Shown piece after piece: positions 59,801 through 64,000 of a stretch of 64,000 nt of DNA. The DNA lies in contig RDEW01000026.1 of the NCBI GenBank assembly GCA_011109175.1, forward strand, positions 186,001-250,000, read 5' to 3'. The DNA is from Dicyema japonicum (lineage: Eukaryota; Animalia; Dicyemida). The translations under genes and the position numbers were made by a program. Positions within the stretch are counted from its first letter, which is position 1. The number at the start of each line of letters is the position of its first letter. The notes under the pieces are model-generated. The model had not been told where the DNA came from. It searched no databases and saw only the letters and a program-made list of their open reading frames with translations.

Positions 59801-62800
59801 TGATGTAATGTTTCACATATTCTAGAGACTGCTTAAAGGACTTGAACAAGCACTCCATGGTTCTTCTATGAAAGTGAACCATAATCATTGTCCTTTCAAA
59901 ATTTACTTCTTCCTTTTTCTTGTTGTTTTTCTTTACGTCCACCAAAGGTTTGATAACACAGTCGCAGTAATTATCAATAAACTCCATCAAAGTTGTACCA
60001 ACAGACTCGTACTTTATTTTGAACAGATTTATGACATTCACCAGGTTTTTCTCGCAAATAAATGAAAATTACCTTAAATTTATTTTTAAACTCCGAGAGT
60101 GTCAAAGTCTCCTTCAAGTTAATGTTTATGAATAAGGTTGAGAGAATACTGTCCAAGTTATTGCAAATTCTGTGCTGATTGATACAAGTAACATCATTTA
60201 TTAAGTTTAGAAATTGATTGATCACATAATCAACCTCATTAAGATAACTAAATACAGGGAATTATATACTTTTGCAGATTTAGAGAATTCCAGAATATTG
60301 AAGTGATTCCCTTTTCGATGACTTTGTCGACAATCTCAAAGTTCCAGAAACCGAAAAAACGGTAAAACTTTGGAATCTTCATGCAGCAATTATTATAGCA
60401 GTCCACCAGCAACTACAATTGACTTATTAGGCTGACCTTCACACGGTAAGATTCCTCATGTACCATTTCCGATGATTTAAATGCGTTATAAACAAACAAT
60501 GGGAGATCAGAATATATTTTGGTCATAAAATTGTAGTCCTTGAATATTTCCCAGTTTTGTTGATTAAAATTTAAGTAAAGTCTTTTGTCTTCCTGATCTC
60601 TATAGAATATTGTCGATGAATCCATTTGAGAGACTGACTCAACCTGCAAATCAAAACAAACCCCGACCATTGTGAGCCACTTTTGTTGATAATAACACTC
60701 ATAATCTGCTAGAACTTTCATCAAATAGTTGTGTCTCGATATTATAGAGTTGTATTCCTGTAACGTAAAATATTCTTTTGTTAAGATTATGGCTTGGATG
60801 GAATTCTCTGTTTTATTTAATAGATTTCGGACCCAAATAATTCGACCTGAAAATGAAAAATCAACAAACCTGTGAAAAACGAAGAAAGTCGATCCAAATT
60901 TGGGTTTTTGTTTTCATTTTTGTAGACATTTTCGACGTATTTGAGTATGTCTTGCACTACGCTTAGAATTTTGCCCTTTGCCTTTTCAATGTTCAAGTTG
61001 GGTAAGTTAAGGGACGAAAATACAGTCAAATAGTGAATAATCTGTTCCACAGACTTGCATTTGTCAAGAATACTTACGGCCGCCTGGGAAAACGAGTCCT
61101 TTAATAAATCATGGATTTACGTCGAAAATTAAAATATTTTTCTTGAGGACTGAAAAGTTGGTCTCAAACTGTTTATCACGGAAATTTAGAGGTGATGAAT
61201 TTGACCGTTTGAAACTATTTACAGTTCCATACAGGTTTTCTGTGATTCCAGCGAATCCTAGGCTTCCAAATAAGAATTACCATCTAATTTTATATCCGCC
61301 AATTTAGCATAATTCTGTATAATTTCGATCACTTGGGTGATCATTTCCACTCGTCGGTTAAGAGAGTCGATTTTTGTGAAAATTTCATTCTCTGAAAAGG
61401 TAGGAGAAAATAAAAGAAACTAAAATTTATGTAAAGGCTACTTGTAATTTTACTTTATTAAATGATTCCCGGTAATTTATAAATACTTTTCTACATTTAT
61501 CCAATTTTAAGAGCAAATCCTTATTTTTGTGGTTCCAAATAGATTCGTCACAGTCTGTAAGCAAATAGTCTTTTAATGATGAAATGGTTTGATTTGTGAC
61601 CTAAAATTAATTTTAATTTAAAAATATTTTATTAAAAATAATTTTACTTTAATTAAAATAGAATTAATATTTGTCTTATAATACTCCGAAGCCGTTTGAG
61701 TGTTGACAAGGGCATTCATTAAAGGTTCATATTGTGTCATGAATTTGTCCTTTAAATAAAATAACATAATTTTACAATATTTTTAGAATATAAAAAATTA
61801 AAATATTTGTCCAGAGCCTGCAAAAACTGAATATTATTGTTTGCTAAGGAAATTTGCTTTGAAATGTCGTAATAAATGTTTTTCCATTTCTTAACATAAA
61901 ATTTAAAATACTTTCAATATTTGTGATTTTGATGAATGTAATGCTTGTATTGCTCCTGATATTTTTGGGTCTTCAATGAACTCAAAAACAGTCGAAAATT
62001 TGCAATAAAACTTCATCCAAAAAAAAATTTCATCCTTTGGGCCAAATTCGTCGTTTTCTTGCCTGATTTGCTGAAAAAGATTCAAAATCTAATTTCCATC
62101 AAAATTTACTTGTTTAATTTTAGTGATCCATCTAAGCACATTTTTTTCTACACGAGTGAGTAGTTGCTGATCAACAAAACGTGAGTAATCGATTTTAAGG
62201 TCATTTAAAGATTCATCAAAATTCAATTGGAATCTTTCATTTAGGTAGACCTTGGCGTCTAAACTGACTATGATATTTCACTTTTTAAGCATGTTAATGT
62301 TAGATCAACTGAGGAAAGCATTTGGTCAGTGATTTCTGACTTATCTCCCCCAAAGTAATCAGTGGTTATGTTTCCTATTATGGGGACTTTGTAGACTTGC
62401 TCAAAGATCTGTTGTAATTCATCTAATGATTCCCCTCCTTCGTGCATATTTGCGAGTGTAACCATGAAAACGATCTAAATTGACAGAATATTTAATGACA
62501 TTTGTAAAATATTTTAAAATTACCTTCATAATATTATCAGAATTCAAAGGAACGGAGAGATCCCTTCGAATGAAGCAAATGCACTCGCTCTGTCTTATGT
62601 TTTTATCAAATATTGAAATTTTTTTGGTTTCTACACTTACTGAATAACGTCGTGGAAAGTTAGTGCTTGAATCAATACCACCTATCGATCACGGTAAAAT
62701 TAAAACTTAGTTCATCTTGAACTGAGTCATCGTGGTTGTAACTGACAAAAAGAGATCTTTGACCTCCGTCTATGAATCTGTTCAGATTTGTGAGCTATGA

Positions 62801-63035
62801 TACCTTAAAGTCTAAAATACCTCAATGTCAAAACAAAATGCATTTTTCACCACAGAAAGGTCGACTTGGAAGAAAAAGGCTATCAAATTCATAAAATGGC
62901 AGTGAATGTCAGTAAAGGAAGAAAGTCTTTCATTTCTGATTTCTTTAAACTACTGTTTAGACATTAAATTACCCTTTCGAGATTCAGTAGGCTTGACCTG
63001 TTTATAAGTCCATGGCGAGGTTGCAAGTTAGCCAT
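47864..63035 (-). CDS. DNAH5: Axonemal outer-arm dynein heavy chain, gamma type (DNAH5/DNAH8-like), apparently full length, dozens of micro-introns
   Basis: P-loops [33 protein letters not shown]. Diagnostic blocks [100 protein letters not shown]. Putative ATG at 63035. DNAH5 and DNAH8 cannot be separated by eye. Confidence 0.95.
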
Positions 63036-63184
63036 TTCAAAACTAATAATTAAATTTTTTAAGGTTGATTTAAAAATTTATTTATAAAAATTTTAATATT
63101 TTAATAATTAAATTATTATTAAAATCTTTTATAATTTTTCTTACTTTACATGCCTAATTAGTTTTTTATGGTCAATTAATCTTA

Positions 63185-63417
63185 GCCCGGTGGCATAGTG
63201 GTTAGGTGTCGGGCTAAAGTGGCTTAAGTTATAGGTTCTGTTCTCGCTGCTGTTCACCTGGTGGAGGGTTCCACGCATCTACGATGCTAAAAGGGTTTGA
63301 CGAGTGACACCGTAATTAGTGGATACTCACTGAGGAACTGATTGTCTAGAAAGGACCCACACAAGAAAAAAAAGAAGTGAAGATCATTCCTTGGTTCTAC
63401 GATTAGTTAAAATTAAC
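63185..63417 (+). repeat. tRNA-headed SINE-like element (or Pol III ncRNA), apparently full length
   Basis: A-box TGGCATAGTGG (63191-63201) and degenerate B-box GGTTCTGTTC (63234-63243). No complete cloverleaf. The body recurs at 26584-26747 and 35338-35402. Confidence 0.75.
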
Positions 63418-64000
63418 TGTTCTTACTTAAAGTGTGTGTCCTGCCTATGCGGAGCTATAAATATTATGTATCTCATGAAAAGGCTATTATATATATAATC
63501 TTTGGTGGGACACATGTCTTTTTGCCGAGTTATGATTTATATTTTTAATAGCTATATTAGTAGCAATCATACTAGTTTCCTTTTAGGATCAAGAAAATGG
63601 AAACATACTACGTAGTTTGTGGGAAAATAAATCAGCAGCACTACATTTTGTTTAATATTGTTGGTTTTGTGGTAATAAATAATTTATTTTTGAATACTTA
63701 CCCTATATTTTGGTATGATTTTAAGGAATTAAAAATATCTCGCCAATGCTTCATTCTATTTTTATTGACTTGTATAAACAATCAGAAATACTACTTAGTT
63801 TATGAATGCTTTTTGGTTTACTTTTCATAAATCATAATTTACTAATAATCTTCTACTTTGATTCGTTGAAAACCAATTATCAGAGTTCCAATATTTTTAA
63901 TTTGTCTAATTCATTAATTCTTTAGGATTTTACTAACTAATGAATAATTTCTGGCCAATCTCAAATTCTAAGCATATGAGGGACGTATTCTCAGCTTTTG

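Noticed and set aside
47966-60065. Numerous plus-strand ORFs in the track opposite dynein (and antisense ORFs over CAD, the sHSP and the CRE elements)
   Set aside because: They are short shadows of the real coding strand with no independent motifs.
63597-63830. 77-aa plus-strand ORF near the window end
   Set aside because: AT-rich with no recognisable homology; it may overlap an unseen gene but cannot be supported.

Overview
This is eukaryotic, AT-rich genomic DNA read with the standard genetic code. It comes from a very compact, ciliated animal whose spliceosomal introns are mostly 20-31 nt. My inference is a dicyemid-like 'mesozoan' spiralian; the sequence alone does not prove the taxon. 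Seven host genes are recognisable: the 3' part of DHX34 (+), a minimal SRF-type MADS-box gene (-), trifunctional CAD (+), a four-domain NRPS-like A-T-R-SDR enzyme resembling the fungal glycine betaine reductase ATRR (+), an intronless double alpha-crystallin small HSP (-), a Domino/p400-like gene that seems to have lost its N-terminal ATPase lobe (+), and a full-length outer-arm dynein heavy chain of DNAH5/8 type packed into about 15.2 kb (-). Intergenic DNA is a mosaic of decayed mobile elements: Jockey/I-like, RTE, CRE and R4/Dong-like non-LTR retrotransposons, a hAT element with TIRs and a perfect 8-bp TSD, and a tRNA-headed SINE-like repeat in three copies. An ~840-bp inverted duplication (orphan gene tail plus LINE fragment) brackets CAD and the ATRR-like gene. 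Several single-base frameshifts in homopolymer runs of conserved genes are most likely assembly errors. All gene models, alignments and identity figures were made by eye from remembered homologues, and no database search was run. No CRISPR array, rRNA or intact tRNA was found.
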